Of a stretch of 64,000 nt of DNA, positions 40,341-50,385 are shown piece after piece. The notes under the pieces were generated by a model. It searched no databases. It had not been told where the DNA came from and was given only the letters and a program-made list of their open reading frames with translations. The stretch is from Ferruginibacter sp. (GTDB lineage: Bacteria; Bacteroidota; Bacteroidia; Chitinophagales; Chitinophagaceae). Position numbers and translations under genes: made by a program. The DNA lies in contig JBDTWP010000002.1 in the NCBI GenBank assembly GCA_040006615.1, positions 6,574-70,573 of the forward strand, in the 5' to 3' direction. Position 1 is the stretch's first letter. Every line of letters starts with the position of its first letter.

Positions 40341-43196
40341 ATGCAAAAAAAGTTATTTCTTCTCGATGCATTTGCCCTTGTTTTCCGGGCCTATTATGCA
40401 TTGATCCGCAATCCCCGCATTACCAGCAAGGGCAGGAACACCAATGCACAGTTTGGGTTTACCAACACTTTAGTTGACCTGATCAATAATCAGAAGCCCA
40501 CCCATATGGCCGTATGTTTTGACACGCACGCGCTAACAGAGCGCCACATAGATTTTGCTGATTACAAGGCAAACCGGCAGGAAACACCCGAAGATATTCT
40601 GTCAGCGGTTCCTGATATTAAGCGCATCATTGAAGCCCTGAATATACCGGTAGTGGCAATTGACGGGTATGAGGCAGATGACGTAATTGGTGCCCTGGCA
40701 AAACAGGCAGAGAAAGTTGGATACGAGGTTTTCATGGTTACACCGGATAAAGATTATGGACAATTGGTATCACCCAATATTAAGATTTACAAACCACCTT
40801 ACCAGGGTGGCAGCATTGAAATTTTGGGCCCGGCAGAAGTGTGTGCCAAGTGGGGGATTAAAAATGTAAGCCAGGTAATCGATATCTTAGGTTTGATGGG
40901 AGATTCTGTAGATAATATTCCGGGAATAAAAGGTATCGGCGAAAAGACAGCAGCTAAATTATTGGAAGAATACGAAACACTTGAAAATATACTGGAGAAT
41001 GCAGACAAAATAAAAGGATCAGTTGGCGAAAAATTAAGGGCAGGCAAGGAGATGGCGATCATGAGTAAAAAATTAGCCACCATTATTACCAATGTACCTA
41101 CTGAATTTCACGAAGAGAATTTCAGAATAAAAGAAATGAACAGGGATGCGCTGAAGGAAGTGTTTATTGAACTGGAATTCAAAGCATTAAGCAAAAGAAT
41201 TTTAGGTGAAGAAGGTGTGTTGGAAGCGGGATGGATCAGTGTGGAGACCGACGTTTCAATTCCGGTAGCGGCAAGCACCCAGCTTGACTTATTTGGAAAC
41301 CTGGTTGAACAGGCCCCAACAACAGAATTAAAAAGTGAGGAGGCGGAAGCAGGTCCGGGAAATGACCTGGTGGCAGACAGAAATATCAACAACACGCCAC
41401 ATAATTATATCCTCGTAAATTCCGACGAAGGGATTTCGGCATTAACGGATATACTGGCCGCCAGGCCTGAAATATGTTTTGATACCGAAACTACAGGTAT
41501 CGATGCCAACGACGCTGAGCTTGTAGGATTAAGCTTTTCTATAACTCCCGGTGAAGGATATTATGTTCCTTGTCCTGCAGACAGGGAAGGGTGTATACAA
41601 CTTTTAAATAAATTTCAACCGGCATTTAACGATGAGGCCAAAACCTGGGTTGGCCAGAATATTAAGTACGATCTTTTGATGTTGAAGTGGTATGGGTTTA
41701 CCCTGAAAGGAAATATTTTTGATACCATGCTTGCACATTATGTGCTTGAACCGGAAGGCAAGAGAAATATGGATGCAATGAGTGCAAAATACCTGGGGTA
41801 CATGCCGGTTTCGATAACAGAACTGATTGGCAAAAAAGGGAAGGGACAAGGCAATATGAGGGATGTAGAATTGGATAAAATAAAGGAATATGCTGCGGAA
41901 GACGCCGATATTACCTTGCAATTGAAGAATGTTTTTTTGCCTCAGTTAAAGTCCAAAGCGGTAGAAAGAGTCTTTTACGAAGTTGAGAATCCCCTTGTGA
42001 AAGTATTGACCGATATGGAATTTGAAGGTATCCGGATCGACCCTTCTTTCTTAAATGAATACAGCAGGCAATTGGAAGTGGAAGCAAAAATAAGTGAGGA
42101 GAGTGTGTATGAACAAGCGGGTGTTCGGTTTAACCTCGCAAGCCCAAAACAATTGGGGGAAGTTTTATTTGAAAAATTGAAGCTGGATCCAAAGGCGAAG
42201 AAGACAAAGACCGGTCAATATGCAACGGGGGAAGACGTATTGGCAAAGCTGGCGCACCAGAATAAAATATGCGATGATATTTTGGCTTTCCGTGAATTAA
42301 CAAAATTAAAGAACACTTACATAGACGCATTGCCCCTCCTTGTCAATAAAAAAACCGGCAGGGTACATACCAGTTATGCGCAGGCGGTGGCTGTTACGGG
42401 AAGGCTTAGCAGCACGAATCCTAACTTACAGAATATACCGGTACGAACTGAAAGAGGCAGGGAGATCCGGAAGGCGTTTATACCAAGAGATGAAAACCAT
42501 GTATTGATCTCAGCGGATTATTCGCAGATTGAATTGCGTATCGTTGCCGCCATCAGTGGAGATATAAATATGTGTGAAGCATTTAAGACCGGGAAGGATA
42601 TTCATACCGCTACAGCGGCAAAAGTTTTTAATGTGGAAGAATCGGCCGTGACAAAGGAAATGAGGTATAAGGCGAAAAGCGTGAATTTTGGGATCATTTA
42701 TGGCCAGGGCGCCTTTGGGCTTGCCGAAAACCTGGGCATACCAAGGGCCGAGGCTAAAGAGATCATTGATAATTATAAAAAGCAATTTCCCAATATTCAA
42801 AAGTATATGGATGACACCATCAACTTTGCAAAGGAAACGGGTTATGTAGAAACCCTTATGGGGCGTAAACGCTGGCTACGGGATATTAATTCCGCCAACT
42901 TTACAGTACGTGGTTTTGCGGAGCGGAATGCTATTAACTCGCCAATACAGGGCTCCGCCGCAGATATGATCAAACTCGCGATGATAAAGATTCACCAGGA
43001 GTTCACCAGGCAGAATTTTAAATCAAGAATGTTATTACAGGTACATGATGAATTGGTGTTTGATGCGCATAAGGATGAAGTGGATCTGATACGGCCGGTT
43101 ATATTAAACTGTATGCAAACAGCACTGCCTTTGCCAAATGAAGTGCCAACCAGTGCGGAAATCGGGGTTGGAGAGAATTGGCTGGAGGCGCATTAA
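40341..43196 (+). CDS. polA: DNA polymerase I
   Basis: 5'-3' exonuclease (YEADD, GDSVDNIPG), 3'-5' exonuclease (FDTETT), polymerase (ADYSQIELR, AKSVNFGIIYG, QVHDEL). Start at MQKKLFLLD. Confidence 0.98.
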   Translation: MQKKLFLLDAFALVFRAYYALIRNPRITSKGRNTNAQFGFTNTLVDLINNQKPTHMAVCFDTHALTERHIDFADYKANRQETPEDILSAVPDIKRIIEALNIPVVAIDGYEADDVIGALAKQAEKVGYEVFMVTPDKDYGQLVSPNIKIYKPPYQGGSIEILGPAEVCAKWGIKNVSQVIDILGLMGDSVDNIPGIKGIGEKTAAKLLEEYETLENILENADKIKGSVGEKLRAGKEMAIMSKKLATIITNVPTEFHEENFRIKEMNRDALKEVFIELEFKALSKRILGEEGVLEAGWISVETDVSIPVAASTQLDLFGNLVEQAPTTELKSEEAEAGPGNDLVADRNINNTPHNYILVNSDEGISALTDILAARPEICFDTETTGIDANDAELVGLSFSITPGEGYYVPCPADREGCIQLLNKFQPAFNDEAKTWVGQNIKYDLLMLKWYGFTLKGNIFDTMLAHYVLEPEGKRNMDAMSAKYLGYMPVSITELIGKKGKGQGNMRDVELDKIKEYAAEDADITLQLKNVFLPQLKSKAVERVFYEVENPLVKVLTDMEFEGIRIDPSFLNEYSRQLEVEAKISEESVYEQAGVRFNLASPKQLGEVLFEKLKLDPKAKKTKTGQYATGEDVLAKLAHQNKICDDILAFRELTKLKNTYIDALPLLVNKKTGRVHTSYAQAVAVTGRLSSTNPNLQNIPVRTERGREIRKAFIPRDENHVLISADYSQIELRIVAAISGDINMCEAFKTGKDIHTATAAKVFNVEESAVTKEMRYKAKSVNFGIIYGQGAFGLAENLGIPRAEAKEIIDNYKKQFPNIQKYMDDTINFAKETGYVETLMGRKRWLRDINSANFTVRGFAERNAINSPIQGSAADMIKLAMIKIHQEFTRQNFKSRMLLQVHDELVFDAHKDEVDLIRPVILNCMQTALPLPNEVPTSAEIGVGENWLEAH

Positions 43197-43320
43197 ACAT
43201 AAAGGCCCGCTGAGTCTCCCTTAGGGGGTGACTCACCCGGATATGACTACCGTTCATCCATTATGAAAAATTCCACTATAAACCGATCGCTATTTTCGTC
43301 GTTTGAAATTAATTAATATT

Positions 43321-44421
43321 ATGAAATTCATTGTAGCAATTCTCGCGGGCTGTTTTGTTTGCAGTTCAGGATTTTCCCAGGATCAACCAGCAACACAAAA
43401 AATGGATTTCGAAAAATATGACCCGGTTTCCACATTAGTTGTACCCGAACACCTGACCAGGCATTCTAAATTTCCATTTATTGATGTACACAATCACCAG
43501 TGGGACATGGCTACCAGGGATCTTTCATCGCTCATACGTGATATGGATACCTTAAACATGAAGGTAATGGTAAACCTGAGCGGGGGAAGCGGGGATAACC
43601 TAAAGCGTAGTATTGAGCATATAAACGCTGGTTACCCTAACCGGTTCATAATATTCGCCAACATAGAATTCAAGGGGATTGGGGAAAACGGCTGGACGGA
43701 AAAAACTGTTAAACAACTGGAAGCCGACGTTAAGAACGGGGCTAATGGGTTAAAGATATTTAAAAATCTTGGCTTCTCTGTAAAGGATAAGGAAGGCAAC
43801 CGGGTTGCAGTGGATGATCAAAGACTTGATCCGATATGGGAAAAATGCGGTGAACTAAAAATTCCTGTATTGATACATACTGCGGACCCTAAACCATTCT
43901 GGGATGCCACAGATGAGCACAATGAACGGTGGCTGGAAATTGTTACACATCCCGGCCGTAAGCGTGGTGCGGACAATCCCCTGCCATGGGAAACCCTGAT
44001 TGAAGAACAGCATGCTATGTTCAGGAAACATCCCAATACAACTTTCATCGCAGCCCATTTTGGTTGGTACCCGAATGATTTGGCAAAACTGGGAAGTTTA
44101 TTAGATCAAATGCCAAATGTGATGGTAGAATTTGGTGCCGTTATTGCGGAACTTGGCAGACAACCGATCATGGCAAGACAGTTTTTTACCAAATACCAGG
44201 ACAGGATACTTTTTGGCAAAGACAGTTGGGTACCTGATGAATATAAAACCTATTTCCGGGTGCTTGAAACTTCAGATGAATATTTTCCCTATCACAAAAA
44301 ATATCATGCTTTCTGGAGAATGTATGGGTTGGGATTACCCGATGATATTTTACGGAAAGTGTATTATAAAAACGCTTTACACATTATCCCGAATATTGAT
44401 AAGAGCTTGTTTCCACAATAG
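43321..44421 (+). CDS. Exported amidohydrolase family protein
   Basis: Signal peptide, IDVHNH, LIHTAD, AAHFG, LFGKD. Confidence 0.88.
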   Translation: MKFIVAILAGCFVCSSGFSQDQPATQKMDFEKYDPVSTLVVPEHLTRHSKFPFIDVHNHQWDMATRDLSSLIRDMDTLNMKVMVNLSGGSGDNLKRSIEHINAGYPNRFIIFANIEFKGIGENGWTEKTVKQLEADVKNGANGLKIFKNLGFSVKDKEGNRVAVDDQRLDPIWEKCGELKIPVLIHTADPKPFWDATDEHNERWLEIVTHPGRKRGADNPLPWETLIEEQHAMFRKHPNTTFIAAHFGWYPNDLAKLGSLLDQMPNVMVEFGAVIAELGRQPIMARQFFTKYQDRILFGKDSWVPDEYKTYFRVLETSDEYFPYHKKYHAFWRMYGLGLPDDILRKVYYKNALHIIPNIDKSLFPQ

Positions 44422-44562
44422 GCAATGGGCAATGGGCAATGGGTTGCCAACCTTTCAAAGGTTGGCAACCCTTAAGAATGGTGATTGGTGATTGATGATT
44501 GATGAGCGATTAGTAATTAGTGATGAGAAATGAGTGACAAGCAATGGGCAACCCTTAAGAAT
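44421..44562. repeat. Composite repeat: 31-bp palindrome, heptamer arrays and 16-bp direct repeat
   Basis: (ggcaatg)x3; GGGTTGCCAACCTTT-C-AAAGGTTGGCAACCC (44441-44471); ggcaacccttaagaat at 44464 and 44547 flanking tgattg-type heptamers. Confidence 0.75.
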
Positions 44563-44602
44563 CTCCCGTGATTCCTCCCCATTAGGAACATAGCAGGGAC
44601 TT

Positions 44603-47600
44603 TTAATCCTGTTTCCATTCCGGCACCCTTCCCGGCGTATAGGGGGCACCGTTCTTTTCTAATTCATCTTCCACTTTTTTAAAGGCTTCACCGATGGACC
44701 TTATCTCTGCTAACGCTGGTGCGAATTGTTTTGCCGCAAGTGCATAGGATTGCCTGTGAGTGTTTGTGGGAGCAGCAGTGGTTCTCCATAAGGAACTAAC
44801 AATTGATTCTATTCTTGCATTGATCGATGGAAGGGTTTCAAACTCTCTTTTTGCCAAAGTCGCATCGCCGTTTAGTAAGGTATTAACAGTATTGAGCCTT
44901 TTTTCAAGATCATATATATCTTTTGAAATACCAACGGGAAGCCTGGGCGTTTCAAAAACAGCGGGTTTGATGTATTTCAATTTGTTCATCAATTCGCTTC
45001 GGTAATTATCAGCGGCCGAAGTTGCCCTTCTTAATTCGGCTACTTTTTTAGAAAAATCCTCCAGTGACTTTTTATCAGCAGCCGGCAGTGATGCAGTATT
45101 TAATGAAATAGTTTTAAATGTTTGTTGCGCACCTAATTCTTCATATATACCATCTTCAAATTTGCTTAATGAAACTTTGTAAGTTCCGGGCAATGCCATA
45201 TAACCGGTTTCCTGGCCACTAAAAACAAAGGACTCATCATAAGGTGTAAGATCGATGGGTCTAAATGGGGCATAGCGAAAATCCCAGCTAATACGTTGTA
45301 TGCCTTTTTTTGCCGGGGCCATTATTTTTCTTACAATATTACCGGCCTCATCAGATACGGTAAATAATAAATGAGGAGCGGGTTGTTCGTCTTCCAACCG
45401 CATTGAATCAATGGAAATATACCAGGGGGTTTCGCCTTTTTTAATCTTCACTTTTTCTTTCTCCTGTCGTTTCTCTTTAAGCGTTGTGATATCTTCTTTT
45501 AAATAATAGGTGAAAACAGCACCAGGTTTTGGGTTCGGCGTCGTAAAAAAACTTTCTCCCTGGAAGCCTTTTCCTCTGACACCCAGCGGTACCGATTGTA
45601 CATACATTAAAGCATCTTTAACCGGGAAAATGACTGCCGGTTTAGCCAGTTCTTCCTTTTTTAGATTGCGCAGCACCGTATAATCATCCAGAATATAGAA
45701 CCCCCTTCCAAATGTGGCGAGCACCAGGTCATTTTCTCTTTTTTGCAGTTCGATGTCACGTATGGCGATGGTCGGTAATCCTGCTTTTAATTGTGTCCAT
45801 TTTTGTCCTCCATCAATGGTATAGTAAACGCCAAACTCCGTTCCCACAAATAATAAATCAGCCATCAGATGATCTTCCGCGATGGTATAAGCCGTGCCTC
45901 TTTCAGGTAGATTATGTTGAATGGCAGTCCAGTTTTTGCCGGCATCCTTACTTTTAAAAATATAAGGATGAAAATCTCCGTAACGGTGATGGTTAAATAT
46001 TGCATATACCGTGTTTTTATCATGCTGGGATGCAATGATCTGGTTAACATATGTTTGCCCGGGTACACCCGGAATATTGTCAATCCTGGTCCATTGTTTT
46101 CCTCCATCCCTGGTAACCTGGATCAAGCCATCATCCGTTCCGGCATACAGAAGGTTCTCATCCAGTTTTGACTCAGCAATTGTGGTTATGTTGCCATAAA
46201 TATCTGTTGAGCCGTTTTTTGCTATGGCATCCATACTCCATACCTTACCCATTACCGTGAGTTTGTTCCTGTCTATACCCCTTGAAAGGTCACCGCTGAT
46301 CACCTTCCAGCTTTCGCCCCTGTCATCAGTACGAAAAACTTTATTTGCGGCAAAGTACAAGCGTTTATTATCGAACTGCGAGATCACCAGGGGAGCATCC
46401 CAGTTCCAGCGCATGGCTGATTCACCTTCCTGTTCAATTGGTTTTATATCAAGGGATTCACCGCTCTTTTTATCATACCTGACCAATCCACCGTATTGAG
46501 ATTGCGCATAGATGATATTAGGATCGCTTTGATCTACCTGGCTTTCAAATCCATCACCAATACTCGTAAAATACCAATCTGAATTAATGATACCATTGGC
46601 ACTTGTGGTTCCTGAAGGGCCGCCAATACTAAAATTGTCCTGCGTACCACCATGCACTCCGTAAAATGGTAAGGCATTATCGGTGGCGACCTTATAAAAT
46701 TGGGTGATGGGTAAATTAGGCTTAAACAACCAGTTTTCCGCACCATCAAAACTTTCATACAATCCGCCATCACAGCCTACCAGAAAATGATTTGTTTCTT
46801 TCGGGTCAATCCAAATAACATGATTATCGATATGCTTGCTTTTTTCGCCCAGAATTTTGAAATTTTTCCCTCCATCGAGACTAACTGCCATATAGGCGTT
46901 GATAACAAATACTTTGTCAATATTGATGGGATCGCAAAATATTTTCTGGTAATAATTCCCTGAAGTGGTATAACTACTTTGTTTTTCCCAGCTTGCACCG
47001 CGATCATTGCTTTTATAAACACCCGCTCCGTCATTAGCTTCCACTACCGCGTATAACAGGCCGGGCTTTACAGTTGACACAGCCAATCCAATTCTGCCTA
47101 AATCTCCTGATGGCAGGCCTTTCATAATTTTATTCCAGGTAGCACCGGCATCCGTGCTTTTATAAACAGCAGATTCAGGCCCGCCACCAATATAGGTAAA
47201 CACTTTACGCTGGCGCTGGTGTGCGACTGCGTATAATATATTTGAATTGCGGGGATCCATATGTATTTCGCTGAATCCGGTGTTTTCGCTAACGGTAAGA
47301 ATGGATTTCCAGGTTTTTCCAGCATCTGTAGATTTATAGATGCCCCTATCACCCCCCGAACTCCATAAGGGGCCATAAGCAGCCACATACACAAGGTCGG
47401 AATTACCCGGATCCACAACAATTTTGCCGATATGTTCTGATTTTTTCAATCCCATGTTATTCCAGCTTTTTCCACCATCCTCAGATTTGTAAATACCATC
47501 ACCGTAAGCAACGCTTCGCTGATTGTTATCTTCACCACTGCCCACCCAAATCGTATTCGGGTTTCCCGGATCTATAGTTATGCAACCAATGGAATAAGCG

Positions 47601-47899
47601 CCTTCTCCATCGAATACAGGTGTGAAGGTTACACCCGCATTGGTGGTTTTCCATACACCACCAGAAGCTGCCGCAACATAGTATTCATAAATATTTGAAG
47701 GATTAACAGCAAGGTCTGCAATGCGGCCACTGGTGATAGCGGGGCCAAGACTGCGGAATTTTAATCCATTCAATAAGGAAGTTGACATTGTATCTCCCGT
47801 ATCCGGGTTTACGGCAGTAGCGGCTTTCTTATTTTGTGCGATCGTATTAGTGGAAATCAAAAAAAGAAGCAGAAAGGCGGGAAACATAAAAAATCGCAT
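44603..47899 (-). CDS. Exported VPS10/BNR (Asp-box) beta-propeller glycosyl hydrolase-like protein
   Basis: GRIADL and many S.D.G.TW Asp-box repeats, GGTQDN, ATFGRG. Confidence 0.9.
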   Translation of the reverse strand: MRFFMFPAFLLLFLISTNTIAQNKKAATAVNPDTGDTMSTSLLNGLKFRSLGPAITSGRIADLAVNPSNIYEYYVAAASGGVWKTTNAGVTFTPVFDGEGAYSIGCITIDPGNPNTIWVGSGEDNNQRSVAYGDGIYKSEDGGKSWNNMGLKKSEHIGKIVVDPGNSDLVYVAAYGPLWSSGGDRGIYKSTDAGKTWKSILTVSENTGFSEIHMDPRNSNILYAVAHQRQRKVFTYIGGGPESAVYKSTDAGATWNKIMKGLPSGDLGRIGLAVSTVKPGLLYAVVEANDGAGVYKSNDRGASWEKQSSYTTSGNYYQKIFCDPINIDKVFVINAYMAVSLDGGKNFKILGEKSKHIDNHVIWIDPKETNHFLVGCDGGLYESFDGAENWLFKPNLPITQFYKVATDNALPFYGVHGGTQDNFSIGGPSGTTSANGIINSDWYFTSIGDGFESQVDQSDPNIIYAQSQYGGLVRYDKKSGESLDIKPIEQEGESAMRWNWDAPLVISQFDNKRLYFAANKVFRTDDRGESWKVISGDLSRGIDRNKLTVMGKVWSMDAIAKNGSTDIYGNITTIAESKLDENLLYAGTDDGLIQVTRDGGKQWTRIDNIPGVPGQTYVNQIIASQHDKNTVYAIFNHHRYGDFHPYIFKSKDAGKNWTAIQHNLPERGTAYTIAEDHLMADLLFVGTEFGVYYTIDGGQKWTQLKAGLPTIAIRDIELQKRENDLVLATFGRGFYILDDYTVLRNLKKEELAKPAVIFPVKDALMYVQSVPLGVRGKGFQGESFFTTPNPKPGAVFTYYLKEDITTLKEKRQEKEKVKIKKGETPWYISIDSMRLEDEQPAPHLLFTVSDEAGNIVRKIMAPAKKGIQRISWDFRYAPFRPIDLTPYDESFVFSGQETGYMALPGTYKVSLSKFEDGIYEELGAQQTFKTISLNTASLPAADKKSLEDFSKKVAELRRATSAADNYRSELMNKLKYIKPAVFETPRLPVGISKDIYDLEKRLNTVNTLLNGDATLAKREFETLPSINARIESIVSSLWRTTAAPTNTHRQSYALAAKQFAPALAEIRSIGEAFKKVEDELEKNGAPYTPGRVPEWKQD

Positions 47900-48049
47900 A
47901 ATGCAAATGTTTTGTTGGTAAAAAATCAGGAATTGAAAGTTACATAAAGATTGCGGTACGGCAAATCATTATAAGGACAAGCTGAATTGGGAAAGGATAA
48001 TCCGGCCGGAACGAGGTTAAAAATCATACAGATTGCAAACTGAGCAGGT

Positions 48050-48112
48050 AAAAAAAAAGGACCAAGATAGAAATCTAGTCCCGATTTAAAATCCAATATC
48101 CTATGAAAAACC
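48050..48112 (-). ncRNA. Candidate ~63-nt small RNA
   Basis: TTG-N20-TATCTTCG promoter (48147-48117), a short non-coding body, then the hairpin GGACUAGAU-UUCU-AUCUUGGUCC followed by U9. Confidence 0.55.
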
Positions 48113-48320
48113 GGGACGAAGATATAGTATGATTTTAACTTTTGCAAGCTCAATTAAAGAGTATTTAGCAAACGGTCAGTTTTGCTGAGTAAACGGTAAG
48201 CATCATACCAGATTTTTTAAAGACGGCCCGCAACTATATTACAATAAGAGTTTAATACCACCAACACTTTTTAATTCTATTTTAAAAATTAAACATGGAA
48301 AATTATACCAACTTTGCTGA

Positions 48321-48977
48321 ATGGATAAACCAATATTAATTTACTGTTACGATGCATACTGCGGCTGGTGCTATGGATTTAGCCCGGTAATAAAAAGAAT
48401 TTCCGAAGAATATGGAGACCAGTTTGAATTTGAAGTATTAAGTGGCGGAATGATCATTACTGAAGAATCCAGGCATATCAGTTTTACAGCAGGATATATA
48501 CAGAAGGCGTATAAAGTAGTGGAAGAACATACCGGCATCCAATTTGGCGCTGACTATTTATGGCATATCAATAACCCTGACCTGAGCGATTGGTACCCTT
48601 CTTCTGAAAAGCCAGCCATTGCGCTATGCATTTTTAAAGAGTTCTATCCGGAAAGGCAGATAGAATTTGCAGCTGATATGCAATATGCCTTACATGATGA
48701 GGGTAGAGATTTGTGCGACGACGAAGCATACCTGCATTTGCTTGAAAAATATTCTATTCAGCCTGAAGCTTTTTATTCCAAATTAAAAAGTGAGGAATAT
48801 AAAGAAAGCGCTTATTACGAATTTGCATTGTGTAAACAATTGCAGGTTACAGGTTTCCCCGCTGTATTGATGCAGGTGAATGAAACTAAATTTCATTTAT
48901 TAGCACGTGGTTATACAGGGTACGCGGAATTGAAAGGGCGGATTGAGGAAGTAATAAGAGAAACTGTTCAAAATTAG
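48321..48977 (+). CDS. DsbA-family thioredoxin-fold protein
   Basis: YDAYCGWCYGF CxxC motif; VTGFP cis-Pro loop. Confidence 0.9.
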   Translation: MDKPILIYCYDAYCGWCYGFSPVIKRISEEYGDQFEFEVLSGGMIITEESRHISFTAGYIQKAYKVVEEHTGIQFGADYLWHINNPDLSDWYPSSEKPAIALCIFKEFYPERQIEFAADMQYALHDEGRDLCDDEAYLHLLEKYSIQPEAFYSKLKSEEYKESAYYEFALCKQLQVTGFPAVLMQVNETKFHLLARGYTGYAELKGRIEEVIRETVQN

Positions 48978-49046
48978 ATTTTACTCCTGCAAAGATGTGC
49001 TGATCCGGCGGCACAACAAAAGGAGTATACACCACTTTGGTTGGAA

Positions 49047-49216
49047 TTGGTATCATGAATTGCCTCGAGCTTTAACCGGGGAACAAATAAACTTAATCAT
49101 TTTTTGGGTTTAGCCAGGCCAATCCGGAAAAAGCTTAAATTCAATTCGGCTCAAGCCACAGTGTATTGCATTTTTCATTGTCCACAAGCTTTAGCCGGTG
49201 GCAATTCAATACCAAC
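49047..49216. mobile_element. Degenerate MITE/REP-type element with nested inverted repeats
   Basis: Termini ttggtat(ca)tgaattgcc / ggcaattcaataccaa; internal gctttaacc, ggtttagcc, ggctcaagcc and gctttagcc palindromic units. Confidence 0.6.
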
Positions 49217-49262
49217 CAGGCCCCTCCAACCCTGGTCTATAGGAGATTTGCAAATAATAATA

Positions 49263-49700
49263 TTATTGTGAACGAATTGGCTGAGCGTTTATCCATGAAG
49301 CAACACAACTTATGAAGATCAAACCTGTACATATCATTGGGGGCAAGAAGCCGAATAGCAATACTACCAGGAACAAAACGCCAAAAATAATGGATTCAAC
49401 CAGGAGCACTCCTTTCCATAATTCAGACGCGATATTTTTTCTTTTTAATAACCAGTTTAACAGGCCGCCAAATAAACATAACAGCGTGAGGCTGACACTG
49501 AACGAAACAACCAGCTGGCTATAGGTTCTGAAAATTCCATTGCCCATATTCATTTTATACGTGTTCATTAGCTCAAGCATTTGCTTCTCCGTATCATTGG
49601 CCGCTTCAGGTTTTATAATAAAGGATAGGGAATGAAAAACCGCTGTTAACAATTGAAAAATTATGGCCGCCCAAATAAAGATTGAAAATCGCTTATGCAT
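49263..49700 (-). CDS. Small four-TM membrane protein (LIC_13387-like)
   Basis: Four hydrophobic segments, H in TM1, FGFLPP motif. Confidence 0.7.
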   Translation of the reverse strand: MHKRFSIFIWAAIIFQLLTAVFHSLSFIIKPEAANDTEKQMLELMNTYKMNMGNGIFRTYSQLVVSFSVSLTLLCLFGGLLNWLLKRKNIASELWKGVLLVESIIFGVLFLVVLLFGFLPPMICTGLIFISCVASWINAQPIRSQ

Positions 49701-49902
49701 ATTTGTTATTTTGAGCTTAAAAAATATTTAGCTGATGAAGTAATAGGAATTAAGCAATAAGCAATAAGCAACGGGCAACAGTCAATGGGCAAGCATTCAC
49801 TATTCATCTTTCAACCCACCATTCAAAATTGACCATTCCCTTAGCTTAACAAAACATAATACAACTTTGAAAACCGTCAATACCTGAATATTTAAAAGTC
49901 AA

Positions 49903-50385
49903 TTATTGTTTTTGCCTGCTGTATCGAAAAGCTGATTTCTTTTCTGGAATTTGTTTTCCGTCATCGATCCATGCATGAAGCGAATCTTTGTTTATGAAGC
50001 TGTATGAAATTCTTTTTGGATAATCATGTTTTGGGTTTTCAAACACAAAGATATTATTACCGGCAGAGGTAAGCCTGAAGGCGACGGGTTGCCTGTTGTT
50101 TTGGTCCACAACGGTGGAGGTATAATAAATTCCTTCTTTTGTATTTCGTAGTGCCACTCTTTCTGTTGTAATTGTATTATTAGCCCTGATTATAAAACCC
50201 CGGTTTTGTAAATAATCCTTATTAATTTTTGTCCATTCTTCGCCAATCGTACCATTTTTTGATTTCATTATCCATTTTCCTTCCAAAGCATATAAATGTG
50301 CAAATCCCTCATTATTTTGTGCTTTATGGTTTAGGAAGGCCGGGAATATCATGCTAATTATTGCTGCTGCAAGCCATTTTTTCAT
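49903..50385 (-). CDS. Exported DUF6265-like protein
   Basis: LEGKW, EEW, FENPKHDYPKRISY. Confidence 0.75.
   Translation of the reverse strand: MKKWLAAAIISMIFPAFLNHKAQNNEGFAHLYALEGKWIMKSKNGTIGEEWTKINKDYLQNRGFIIRANNTITTERVALRNTKEGIYYTSTVVDQNNRQPVAFRLTSAGNNIFVFENPKHDYPKRISYSFINKDSLHAWIDDGKQIPEKKSAFRYSRQKQ

Noticed and set aside
47926-48153. 75-aa ORF on the minus strand
   Set aside because: Its TTG 'start' lies beside the -33 promoter element and it reads through a terminator; better explained as an sRNA locus.
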